DNA from: Octopus sinensis
Lineage: Eukaryota
Assembly: GCF_006345805.1 (NCBI RefSeq)
Contig: NC_042997.1
Location: 162,564,001-162,628,000 of the forward strand
DNA: 64,000 nt
Direction of reading: 5' to 3'
In this document: positions 26,167-38,403 of the stretch, piece by piece
Numbering within the stretch: the first letter of the stretch is position 1
How the letters are laid out: each line of letters opens with the position of its first letter
The notes under the pieces: generated by a model
Seen by the model: only the letters and a program-made list of their open reading frames with translations
Told to the model about the DNA's origin: nothing
The model's database searches: none
Program-made: the position numbers and the translations under genes

Positions 26167-26346
26167 ATTTATGCTTGGCCACTTTTAGAAAGCTTGTTCA
26201 CTGAAGTTTTAACCAAGAATGAATGGTTACGTCTTTGGGATCATGTTTTCAGCAACCATCCTGCATTTTTGTTAATGGTTGTCGTAGCTTATGTCATCGG
26301 TGCAAGAGCTGCTTTGCTGAAGTGTGTCGAACTTGATGACTTCAAG
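26167..26346 (+). CDS. TBC1D31: TBC1D31 coding exon (TBC domain)
   Basis: IYAWPLLESLFTEVLTKNEWLRLWDHVFSNHPAFLLMVVVAYVIGARAALLKCVELDDFK; atag/gtaaat. Confidence 0.96.
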
Positions 26347-26417
26347 GTAAATATTTAATTTATATTTTCACCATGCCACAATTGAAATAATAAACTAATG
26401 GTATTTTATATGTTTGC

Positions 26418-26646
26418 GGCGAGCTGGCAGAAACGTTAGCACGCCAGGTGAAATGCTTTGCAATATTTCATCTGCCGCTACGTTCTGAGTTCAAATTCCA
26501 CTGAGGTCGACTTTGCCTTTCATCCTTTCGGGGTCGATTAAATAAGTACCAGTTATGCACTGGGGGTCGATATAATCGACTTAATCCATTTGTCTGTCCT
26601 TGTTTGTCCTCTCTGTGTTTAGCCCCTTGTGGGTAGTAAAGAAATA
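26418..26646 (+). mobile_element. Full-length tRNA-derived SINE with 17-18 bp TSD
   Basis: TSD GGTATTTTATATGTTTGC at 26400-26417 and 26647-26664; central GTCGACTTTGCCTTTCATCCTTTCGGGGTCGA..AAGTACCAG domain. Confidence 0.92.
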
Positions 26647-26967
26647 GGTATTTTATATGTTTGCATGGAAGCACATGGCTTAGCTGTTAGGGTGTTGGGT
26701 TCCTGATCATAAGATAATGGTTTCAATTCTTGGACCAGATGATACATTATGTTCTTGAGCATAACACTTCATTTCACATTGCTCCAGTTTACTCAGCTGG
26801 TAAAAATTGAATAATCCTGCAATGGACTGGTATCCTATCCAGGGAGGAATATATACATCAGAGAAGCAAAGAAACCTTACAGATTAATGTGGACTAGCCA
26901 TTTTGTATGTTTGTGTTTATGATGAACTGATATCCTGTTGGTACCTTCATATGAAGTTCTATTTTAG

Positions 26968-27147
26968 TTTTTCTTCAGCCAACAAAATGCTGTCAACATT
27001 GGAAATGTGATTAAAGAAACTTATCGTTTAATATCGTCAACACCTGATGAGGTCAACCCATTGAAGTTAATGAATGAGTTTGTTCCTTTGACAAAAGGTC
27101 AATATCCTGTGTTTAATAAGTATCCCAAGTTTATTGTTGATTATCAG
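26968..27147 (+). CDS. TBC1D31: TBC1D31 coding exon
   Basis: FFFSQQNAVNIGNVIKETYRLISSTPDEVNPLKLMNEFVPLTKGQYPVFNKYPKFIVDYQ; LTKGQYPVFNxYPKFIVDYQ conserved; tttag/gtgagt. Confidence 0.96.
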
Positions 27148-28612
27148 GTGAGTGATAATACTTGTATCTTGTGAAATTTTCCTTTTAATTTAAGCACATA
27201 ATAAAAATTAAAGCAAATTTGCAATATAAATTGAGCCTTTGATTATTAAACTTGAATTCACCTGTCAAAAACTTCAGTGTATAGGTGTAGGCTTGGCTGT
27301 GTGGTAATAAACTCGCTTCTCAATCACATGGGTCCAGGTTCAGTCCCACCACAAGGGTCCTTGGACAAGTGTCTTCTACTGTAGCCTCAGGCCAACTGAA
27401 GCTTTGTGAGTGGATTTGGTAAGTAAAAACCAAAAGCCCATTATATATGTATATATATATATATATGGGAGGGGGCTTTGTGTCTGTCTTTGATAGGCAG
27501 AAACTGAAAGAAGCCTATCATATATATATGGTGGGAAGAGGCCTTTGTGTCTGTCTTTGTCCCTTGCCACTGCTTGATAACTGGTGTTGGTGTATTCACA
27601 TCCCCATAACTTAGCTGTTTGACTAAAGAGACCAATAGAATAAGTACCAGGTTTAAAAAAAACACAAAGTACTGGGATCAATCCATTCAACTAAAAATTC
27701 TTCCAGACAGTGCCCTTGCATGGTCACAGTCTGATGATTGAAAGAAGTAAAAGATAAATTTCAATCTTCAGCTGATCTAATATATTCTTTCCTACTCTAG
27801 TCACAAGGCCCAAAGTTTTGGGGGAAGGGGCCAGTCGATTAGATCAACTCCAGTATGTACCTGGTACTTAATTTATCGACCCTGAAAGGATAATAGGCAA
27901 AGTTGACTTCAGTGGAATTTGAACTTAGAACATAAAGACAGACGAAATACAGCTAAGCATTTCGCCCAGTGTGCTAACGTTTCTGCCAGCTCGTTGCCTT
28001 GCTGATCTAATATGTTGAATGATAATATGGCAACCTTTTTCATGGCCATAACTTTAATGAAAAACGTTTCCTATGTTTCAAGTAATTTCTTGAAATTATT
28101 AAGAATTTGGAGATGTTTAATAAAATAACTAACTTTTTTGTTTATTAATGTATTAAGCTGGCATTTGAAACAACATTGAATTACTTGTGTAAAATGAAAG
28201 TGTAAAGTTTAATTTAAATATTGAACAGTTTAAAACAGGGATGTTTGTATCAAAGAATAATCAATAGTCTTGAGTTAGCTGGTAGTAAAAATTTTAATAA
28301 AACTTTTACTTTAGATGAAGATCGTGTTAAAGGATTAAACCAAGTTTATATCATTATTAAAGCTATTAAAATTTTTCTTAAGTCAAACATTAAATCTTTC
28401 TGTGACCATATTTCTCATGAAATACAATTATTAAATAATTTGTTACATTCATTTAATAAATAAGAACTTGGAGTAGGTCAATAAAAAAAGTCTTTTTTAA
28501 GCTGGTTTTTGTGACAAAACTTAAGAAATGATTCATGTATAAAATTATGATAGAAGCATTGTGGCAGAAAAGATATCTGAACTTAAACAACTGCCATAAG
28601 TATTGTCTAGCC

Positions 28613-28924
28613 TAGTGGTTCCCAAAGTGGGTGGTATTGTTCCCCTGGGGGGCAGTGGAAAGTTCCAAGGAGGCATTGGAGAAAAGTGAGGCGACAATGG
28701 GGAAGTGATTTATGTAAAAATTGGGGTGATAATGGGGTGGCAATCCATGTAAAAACAACAAAATAAAGGGTTAATTTGATTAAGATATATTTGTGAAATA
28801 CAGTTGCTTTGAATTTGCTTCAGAAAGAGGTCTATGTTTGTGATGGTTAGTTGTGGTGTGGGTGCTAGAAATGTGGTCTGGGTGTCAAGGGAGCAGCATT
28901 CCTAAAAAAGTTTGAGAACCACTG
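28613..28924. mobile_element. hAT (Charlie/MER5-like) MITE with 8-bp TSD
   Basis: TIRs TAGTGGTTCCCAAA / TTTGAGAACCACTG; exact TSD GTCTAGCC at 28605-28612 and 28925-28932. Confidence 0.92.
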
Positions 28925-29113
28925 GTCTAGCCCATACCAGCAAGGAAAAAGGGGACATGAAATGGTGATGATTCATATTTTTTCCCTCATTTAGCTGCAA
29001 ATACTTTCATAGAGAAATTAATTTGCAAATGTATTTTAGTTAAGATTTTTGTCAAAATAATAGACTCAATAGTTGAATGTTTCATGTGCTGGGCCCAAAG
29101 ATCATGAATTTAA

Positions 29114-29333
29114 CCCTTTAGCATTCAGATTACTCTGTCAAATGTAATGTCTATTTATTCACATCATTTTGAACTAATCATGCATTTTCTCGAAGCTTCA
29201 AGATTTCAATGGCATGTTTGTATATTTTTAGAATAGCATTGTAGGGTAAGTGTGAGAGGCTGGATCTAGTTAGTTTTAACATAAAACAGGTAGAATATTT
29301 AGACCAGATATGACCAGATTAAATGCTAAATGG
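29114..29333. mobile_element. piggyBac-type MITE
   Basis: TTAA|CCCTTTAGCATT...AATGCTAAATGG|TTGA. Confidence 0.8.
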
Positions 29334-29546
29334 TTGAACTGTTGCCTAATAGAGTTTCTCTTATTTCTTCAGTCATATACGAGTTGTCTTTGATACAGAA
29401 ATTACCCAGCTGTAAAATCCTCGTTTATACTGGAATAGAAGAAAATATCATTGTAGAATGATCAAATTTTAAAATATCTTTACATTAATTTTCCATTTGG
29501 ATAAATTTATTGACCGTTTTTTATGAATTTATTTATTGCTTTCCAG

Positions 29547-29599
29547 AAAAAAGAACGTGAAAAAATACAGCAACAAGAATTAGAATATTTACGGCAAAG
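29547..29599 (+). CDS. TBC1D31: TBC1D31 small coding exon (coiled coil)
   Basis: KKEREKIQQQELEYLRQ(R) vs human TQERERIRNDELDYLRER; supplies the required phase 0 to 2 bridge. Confidence 0.92.
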
Positions 29600-30936
29600 G
29601 TTAGATGTTTTACTAAATCCCTTACATTCGGAACCAAACTCTTTTTGTATGTGTATTGTTAGTATTAGTTGATTATTGTCCCCTCTTCCACGTCTTTTTG
29701 ATTTGCATTTGTTATGATTATTGACATAACATATTTTATTAACTGTAAGATTTAATGTAGCATTGCTCATCATTATGTCTCTCAAAGTTAATAATCCTTG
29801 GGATCCCTGCTGCTCACAAGAATACTGTAACCATTAAGGTTTTACACCCTCATCCACTCCTTAAATACAAGCAACACTAAGAAGATTCATTCAGGATTCT
29901 CAGCCAACAGTCTCTTGTTTGAATAAGACTAGGAGATAGCCATCACCAGTATTTGACTGGAGCTTCATTTAGAATTGTAAAAATAGAGAAGGAAAAGTTA
30001 TGTCCAACCTATTCCAGCATGGAGCACGGACATTAAATAACAATAATGATGATTTCTAGTTGAATTTTCTCAAACATGACAGAAATGTTAACGTTTATAT
30101 GTTGTAATTCACTGAACATCCAAAATTTCTGAAATTTGTGAATTTATCTGTTAGTTGATCAAATCACTTAGAGCAAGCATGATTGATCAGAACCATTTTT
30201 TGCTTCTTAAAAGACTTGCAATTAAAGTTTTTCTCTCTGATGAAGGACAAATATCCAAAATGTTGAAATTTTCACTCTTCATAAATGAGCCATCAAAAGC
30301 ACAAATATGCAAATTAAGCTATCCACTATGGTGCTAACCTAATTTGCAATTACTTTATATTAGTTGAATATTCTGTACTGTTGACTGGAGAGGGAAACTG
30401 GGTGCATCTCTGGGGAGCAGTCAATGAACCATGAAATGGTCCATCCAGAAACTCACATCCCTTTTTTTTCTGCATATCAAAAGCTTAGAAAGAATGTGTT
30501 TACATACTTATTTTACATACAGCTGGCTTTATAATACTTAAATTTAACTCATTTTAATTGTCTTTTTTATTTACAAGCTTTTAATATATCATTATTGTAT
30601 GTCATGAGAAAGAAGCTATTTAGTGTACTACTAGTTCTATTAAAATTGTAGTTACATCTGTTCTTTTGCTTTATATTTGTTGATATCAGTCTTTATCTGT
30701 CTTTTGTCTATATGTTCATAGATAATCAGATGCAAGTTTCAAATATCTCTAGCATGCTTGAAACAATTGGTAAAATTCTTGTTAAATATGTTTTAGACCA
30801 AGATTATTTAAGTTTTTGTCTAATCACCAAGCACATAGTTATATAATCTTTCTCTTAGTGCAAATCATACATAACTAAATATGGAACAATTTTTTTCTTT
30901 TGAATTGAATATGATATTTACTAACTTCTTATTCAG

Positions 30937-31089
30937 ACAACTGTCTCTGGAACTCCATAAAGCAACACTGCATAGACAACAAGAAGAAGAAGCTTGGTTC
31001 CGACAACAAAAACTGTTATTGGAGGCTGAAGATAAACGGCGGAAAATGATGAAAGATGAGGAGGAAAAACTTACAGAACGACGAAGGCA
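30937..31089 (+). CDS. TBC1D31: TBC1D31 coding exon (coiled coil)
   Basis: QLSLELHKATLHRQQEEEAWFRQQKLLLEAEDKRRKMMKDEEEKLTERRR(Q); EAW motif; ttcag/gtaagt. Confidence 0.94.
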
Positions 31090-31909
31090 GTAAGTTTTAT
31101 GTTCAGTTATTGTAAATTCATAATGTCAGAAGTTGTTGTTTAACCCCAAGTAAACCATGTCTGAGGAGAGGAGATCTATGATCAATGGTATTCCAGTTGT
31201 AACTACTCCATCTGTTGATTATGTCTAGAATTACACTACCCAATGTGTCCTTTGCATTTTTAAGATGTTATGATGCTGTTTCTTGTTGGAGGAGAGACTA
31301 CTTAGAGTCTCTGTCATTAGCTTAGGCAACTGTGTGTTTGGTGAAAACAGTAAAATATCAGACAAGAAAGTTTTTAATTTGCTGTCATATTTCTACAGTT
31401 AAACTCTATTTAGGTAACTTTATCTTTTATTCTTCCTCCATAAATAAAATACTCTTTAGTTTAGTATTAAGATTAGTTCCATTATTGGGCCTTAGGAAAA
31501 GAAATCCTTATTTTACTGCAAGGGAAATAGCATTTCTGTCCATCGATGTGGGTTCAACCTGTTTTCGTATTCATGCATATTGATGTGATCAAGATGTGTT
31601 CCTTACTTGCAATTCATTCTTCTAAACACTTGTCGTACTTGGTTTGTCTGACACATCTCTTCTCGAGTGTTCATAAACATTTTAGCAAAATGTTGGTAAC
31701 TATGAAGTTTTACTTTGCTAATTTATATATTACTGTGTTGATTATTTTTAAAAATTCATTCAGTTATTTAAAGAAGATTCTTGCTTCTTTTTTAGTCTTC
31801 CATTTTATTCATAACAAAGCACAACTGAAGTGATAATATTTATATTACATTTTGATTATTTATATAATGGATATAAAACTTAGAGAAAAATTTCATTGCA
31901 ATTTATAAG

Positions 31910-32045
31910 GTTACAGACAATGAATAAAGAAGCAAAAGTTAAACAACTGAACCTTCTGGATGATGTCCGACACAAATTCCTCAGTTTACTTCGGAAACAG
32001 CATGAAATTGAACTCCATCGCTTGAACGATCAGGTTTCTAGTCAG
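31910..32045 (+). CDS. TBC1D31: TBC1D31 coding exon (coiled coil)
   Basis: LQTMNKEAKVKQLNLLDDVRHKFLSLLRKQHEIELHRLNDQVSSQ; weak TAAG acceptor and gttggt donor, but phases and alignment to human fit. Confidence 0.88.
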
Positions 32046-33421
32046 GTTGGTATCTGCTAAATGTCTTCACTTATCCTCATTACTACCATTTTCATGGCCA
32101 GATATTCAATATCTCATGAGTTCTGCAATGCAGTAACTCTCTATGCAATTTAATTTTATGTCATCTCATCCCACTGTTCTGAAATTTAACATACCTTTAT
32201 TCTTTTCTGAATTTTCACAACAACAAAATCTGGTACTGTCTACTATGTACTTATGATACATCTTCACCCAGCATAATCACTTTGGAGGTGCTTGTCCATG
32301 ATAATGCCATATAAAAAGCACTGGTGATGGATCCACATAGAAAGTACTGATGATGGTGCCTTGTAAAAAGCAATGGTGCTGGTGCCACATAAAAAGCACC
32401 CAGTATCACTGTACAGTGGTTAGTGTTAGGAAGGGCATCCAGTGGTAGAAACTAAGCTAAAACAAATTATGGAACCTGATGCAGGTTTCTAGCCTTGTTA
32501 GCTACTGCCAAACTATGCAGCCCATGCCAGCATGGAAAATGGATGGGAAATCATAATGATGATTATATCTTTACCAACATGCTCATTTAGTCTTCTCGAC
32601 TAACTTCTGTTGAGCTTTTCTCACCTGTTATGATTATATCTCTAACAAACTATGTTCAGCTTATAACTTTTAAATAACTGCATATAATCCCTAGGCAACC
32701 TTTTTCAAGCAGCAGGCTGCAAGAGACAGGACTCATCATCAAGCAGGCTGCACTTCTAAAAGAATTTGTGGTAATTTTTCATTGGCATACCATTCAGAAA
32801 ATCTCATGGGTTGCAGTTTGCCCATGACTGATTTCGATTCACTGTCTCTGTTCCTTTGACATATACAATATCACTTTGCTTGTATAACGGTGATACTTTT
32901 TCAACTATGACATGTTGTCAAGACAAGGACACACATGCACACACACACACACACATGCACACACAAGCACATACGTACAGGCACACACAGACCCTAGGGC
33001 TATAGTTGGAGGTATTTGCCCAACATGCCTCACATTGTGGGACTGAACTTAAGATCACATGGTTGGGAAGCAAGCTTCTTGGTCACACAGCCATGCCTGT
33101 ATTTATGCTAAATTTAAATTTGGTCACCAATCATGCTGCTGTTGGATCTTGAGGTTTAAAATATGCAATATAAACTTACATGCTTCTCCACTGTTGAATC
33201 AGCTTTATTTTTTTTAATGTGTTGAAGCCATATATCAAATACGAGTAACCTGCAGCATAACAGAAGTGATGTAGGGAGTGCCAGTCTCGGCGAATAATCA
33301 TTATTCCCAACTCATGGATCATGGACATTTTTCTTTTTTTATCCTTACTTCATAAACTTGTCATCTTACTTAGTGTCATTTCATTGATATTAATCACTTT
33401 GTGGTTTTTGTCTATTTTCAG

Positions 33422-33514
33422 GAGTCACAGCGTGTAAGAGAATTGGAAGATGTTATATCAGAATCTGAGATGAAAAAATTTGAAAGAGAGCTAGAGAAAC
33501 GCTTGTATGAACAA
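33422..33514 (+). CDS. TBC1D31: TBC1D31 coding exon (coiled coil)
   Basis: ESQRVRELEDVISESEMKKFERELEKRLYEQ vs human ...ELESQKRLYEK; ttcag/gtaagt. Confidence 0.92.
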
Positions 33515-35249
33515 GTAAGTATATTCCATACAACTAATTTAATGAGATCAAATATAGTGAAGCAGTGATCGTTTCATGGGAATCTGATTCAATTATTACT
33601 ATTGCTCATACGTGACATTAAAAAGATCTGAAACAAAAATGAGAAACTGTCTCACTGACAGGATCTGAATCACTTACCAAATGACTGTGTACCAGCCACC
33701 CACTTCTGTCTTAAATTAATTACTTAAATTCATTTTTCTCTGCTGTTTTATCTAATAGTTTGCTGCATTTTTTCCAACTGTGATATTTTTATCTCTACAA
33801 GAGAATTTTGTCAGATAATTAGCATAACAGGACAGGTTAAATTTTATAGTGCCGCTGGACTGACTCCTGTGCAGGTGGCATGTAAAAAGCACCATTTGAG
33901 CGTGGCCATTGCCAGTACCACCAGACTGGCCCTCATGCCAGTGGCACATAAAAGCACCCACTACACTCTCAGAGTGGTTGGCATTAGGAAGGGCATCCTG
34001 CTGTAGAAACTGCCAGATCAGATTGGAGCCTGGTGCAGCCATCTGGCTCACCAGACCTCAGTCAAATCGTCCAACCCATGCTAGCATGGAAAGCATATGT
34101 TAAATGATGATGATGATTATATCTTATATATTATACTAATACATAAGGTGTGCCCAGCTCATCAATTGAATATTTACAAGAAATAATCTCATAGCATATT
34201 ATACTAACTGTCAATACATTTTTCTTCAAAAGGTCACCATGGCCATCAACAGCGTTTTATTTTGATTTCCATGGTGTTAGACAAATCTAAAATGTTTAAA
34301 ACTATCTTAATTTTATTAAAAATCTCAGTTTGTTCACCACCACCCTCATTTCAACCCTTACAACACCACCATCCCATCTTATTATCTTTGAATATGTTTC
34401 CCCTACTTATCAATCTCAATTTAATCATCCACTGAAACAGCAACATCTACATTACCATCATCATCATCATCATCATTCCATCCACCTAAGTAATATTATA
34501 TATTTATAAACACTATTAGCTTGTGTACGTTATAAGAATTTTTTACTTTTTGCAAACTTAATGAAATATGAAACAAATAAGTGTAATAGTAGAACTCAAA
34601 AGTAAATAATTCTATAAGCAACATCATTTGGAATACTGGATTAAAGAATTCCTTGATGATGATGATCATCACCATCATCATCATATCTGCTTTCCATGCT
34701 GGCATGGATTGGATGATTTGACAGAAGCTGGCCCAGCAGGAGACCACACCAGACTTCTTTGTCTGTTTTGACACTGTTTTTACAGCTGGATGCCTTTCCT
34801 AACACTAACCACCCAGCAGAGGGGACTGAGTGCTTTTTACATGGCACCAGCACAGGTGAGGTCAAACTTCACCCTTTTCTTTTTATCAAAGGGTCTTTTT
34901 TACCCACAATTCTACATGCTATTATTTATAGCCTTGTCTTAAAGGCAGTATACCTGCAGAATCATTAGCATGCTGGGAAATGCTTAGCAGCATTTTGCAG
35001 TCTTCACATCCTGAGTTCAAAATCCACTGAGGTCGAATTTGCCTTTTGTCCTTTCAGGGTCAATAGAATAAGTACCAGTCAAGTACTGGGGTCAATATAA
35101 TCAATTCCCCCCAAACTGCTGGCCCCTCTGACAAAATTTCAAACTATTATTTATAAGCTTTATCTACTTTCACCATTAAAAATATTTTATTTCATATTTT
35201 GCAAATTTCTAAAAAGATAATAAATACTTCTTAGAATGTAAACAACATA

Positions 35250-35890
35250 TAGGCGCAGGTGTGACTGTGGTAAGAAGCTTGATTCCCAACCACATGGTTT
35301 GGGGTTCAGTCCTACTGCATGGTAACTTAGACAGGTGTTTTCTACTATAGCCCCAGGCTGACCAAAGCCTTGTGAGTGAATTTGGTAGACAGAAACTGAA
35401 AGAAGCCTGTCATATATATATACATATATATACAAGGCGGCGAGCTGGCAGAAACGTTAGCACGCCGGGCGAAATGCGTAGCCATATTTCGTTTGTCGTT
35501 ATGTTCCGAGTTCAAATTCCGCCGAGGTCGACTTTGCCTTTCATCCTTTCGGGGTCGATAAATAAGTACCAGTTACGCACTGGGGTCGACGTAATCGACT
35601 TAAACCGTTTGTCTGTCCTTGTTTGTCCCCTCTGTGTTTAGCCCCTTGTGGGTAGTAAAGAAATATATATATACATATATATGTTTATGTGTGTCTGTGT
35701 TTATCGCCCTGCCATTACTTGACAACTAATGCTTATGTGTTTATGTCCCCATAACTTAGTGGTTCTGCAAAAGAGACTGATAGAATAAGTACTGAGCTTA
35801 CAAGGAATTTCTTCATCTAAAACCCTTTAAGGTAGTGCCCCAGCATGACCGCTGTCAAACGACTGAAACAAATAAAAGAATAAAAAAGAA
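35250..35890 (+). mobile_element. tRNA-derived SINE (TAGGCGCAGG family) interrupted by a younger SINE at 35436-35665
   Basis: Host halves join across a duplicated ATATATATACATATATAT; other host-family copies at about 13441-13820, 27290-27760, 56370-56760. Confidence 0.85.
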
Positions 35891-36136
35891 AAAGAAATGT
35901 GAACAATATAGAAGTCTCACTGGTAAGAACAAAGCTTCTAAACATGGATGGAGATGGTAGCTCATTTGTAATGACCTCAGATATGGGTTCATGTCCCACA
36001 AGTAGTCTTTGACATTTTTTTCCTATCTGAGGGAGTTTTTCAACCCAATATTCTACATGCTATTATCTATTGCTTTATCTACTCTGAGATCCACCATTAA
36101 AATGTTTGTACAATATTTTTCTGATAATATTTTTAG

Positions 36137-36268
36137 GAGACACTGCGAGAATATATTCAGACTTCTAATGCACTCAAGTCTGACGGAGAAATCTCTAATA
36201 GACATGCTGAACTTGAGTCAAGAATTATGGAGTGTATGGTTGAGTTATTAGGAGATAAAAGACACCAG
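36137..36268 (+). CDS. TBC1D31: TBC1D31 coding exon (C-terminal)
   Basis: ETLREYIQTSNALKSDGEISNRHAELESRIMECMVELLGDKRHQ; open, phase 0/0, tttag/gtaat; weak similarity to the human equivalent. Confidence 0.8.
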
Positions 36269-37464
36269 GTAATAAGGATTTCTAATATAGGCATTAAGCC
36301 ACATGTTTGGGTGGGAGAAGCATAAAGTTGATTAAAAATTGCCCCCAGTGGGTAGTGTTATATACATACATACATATATATACACACACACACACATATA
36401 TGTATAACTTAGTTAAACAGCTAATGCAATTATTGTCACAATTAATGTGGTCACAGTATGACTGAGTAGTTAATAAATACATTTTTTTTTTTGTCTTGCA
36501 AGTACATGGTGACCCCTGTCAGTGCCGGTGCCACTTAAAAGCACCCAGTCCACACTGTAAAGTGGTTGGTGTTCGAAAGGGCATCCAGCTGTAAAAACCT
36601 TGCCAAAACTGACCTCACCTGTGCTTGTGCCACATAAAAAGCACTAAGTCCACTCTGCTGAGTGGTTGGTATTAGGAAGGACTACCAGCTGTAAAAATCC
36701 TGCCAAAACAGTCACAGAAGTCTGGTGCAGACTTCTTCTTGGATATCGCTTGTGAAACTGTCCCACTCATGCTAGCATGGGTGTTAAATGATGATGATGA
36801 TTTTTGAGCAGTGTTGAACAGTTTGACAGGTCTGGTGAACCAGAGGATTGATCCACCTCCAATGTCTGTTTTGGCATGGTTTCTATGTCTAAATGCTCTT
36901 CCTAGCATGAAACACTCTAGAGAGGTGTACTGGTTGCTTTTTTTTATCGTATAAGCAGCAGTGAGGTCACCAAGTAACTTGCAAAAGATCCCTGAAGTAG
37001 TATTGAGAAAAGTGACTTTGTGCCAAGCGATGAGAGGTTAAAATTTGATACAGGTACAGAAACAGGTATTTTATTGTAGAGGGAATAGATGGTTAACCCA
37101 GTTGGAAAAAAGAGAGAGAAGATATTGAAAATTATGTGTCTTGGTATACCCTCAAGTTAAAGGTTGGTGAATATAAGTGAAATGGTACTGCGGATTGGAT
37201 AGGGTGAATGGATAGGTAAGTTTGTGAGAGTGGGAAATGGAAGGGAGGAGGGCAGTGCAGTGAGTAAACACAGGTGGAGGACAGGGTGTAGTTATAATTA
37301 AAATTATGACTTTAATACATGGTCTCTACACATTGGCTTTTGGGTGTAATTTTTATTTTTGCCCATGAAATAATGTACAGTGTACAAATTAAGTTGCAAT
37401 AATATGTTCAAAAAACATTTATTTATAAACCAAATATTGTTATTATTTTTTCCTTGTATTTTAG

Positions 37465-37573
37465 GAGATTGTATCTGAGAAAGTACGTAAGGATATTCTT
37501 CGTAATTCTTCTAAACTTGTCCCAGCAGATGTTGAGAAATGTGATCTTGAAACAGAAAAAGAAAATCAGCCAG
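37465..37573 (+). CDS. TBC1D31: TBC1D31 coding exon (C-terminal, divergent)
   Basis: EIVSEKVRKDILRNSSKLVPADVEKCDLETEKENQP; strong pyrimidine tract, gtaatt donor, phase-compatible. Confidence 0.75.
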
Positions 37574-38340
37574 GTAATTTTGTTCAAAATGACCTACTAG
37601 CTTGTTATGAATGTTTGATTGTCCTTTAGAAATTTTTAAAGTTAAAGAATTAAAATATTAAACGATTGATTAAATGTTCCAATCACAAGACTAACTAAAT
37701 ATTTTTAATCAAGACATCAAGGCATCTGCATGGTCACCTGATTTGCTAGAAACAGTAGCTAAATATCTCATATTACATCTTAAAAGAAGGGAAGGATGCA
37801 TTGGATAATGTAATTTTAGATAACTATATTTCATTAAAAAAATTCATTAATAAAAGGTAAAAAAACACGGGCTGGTGACATATATTTGCTCAATCAGGAT
37901 TGACTTTTGTGCACAGCAAATTTCTATAAATTTCTGAAGCTCACTACATTTAGCTGGCATTAATTAAAAATCTGTAATGACCCAGAACAAATACCACAAG
38001 GCATCTTGTCTAACACTCTGATGTTTCTCTTATCCATGTGATTGCCTTAATCTATCACCTAGTTAAACACAGACACCTGGTCAGGTGCCATTAGCAGAGT
38101 TCACTCTGTTGCAATTATTCCAGCCATGCCTCTAGTATGAAGATAACTTCACTTCCATCCTCCCACTCATTTCAAAGGCCCTAAAAAGTGGATGTGGTGG
38201 CTGCTCTTGTCCCTCCAATTTAACCAACAAAGAAAAAAGTTTGTTTGATCTGTGATCCTTAAACATTTTCCATATGACTAATCCATCTAACTTCACAATT
38301 TGAACAATTGAATTGTTGCTTGCTATTATTTTCTCTGCAG

Positions 38341-38403
38341 ATAATACCTATGACATAGACAGGGACAAAGGTCTTGATGAATCATTGGATATAACTCCAA
38401 ACT
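38341..38403 (+). CDS. TBC1D31: TBC1D31 coding exon (63 nt, phase 1/1)
   Basis: (D)NTYDIDRDKGLDESLDITPN; ctgcag/gtaagc; little similarity to human, supported by splice sites and phase. Confidence 0.68.
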
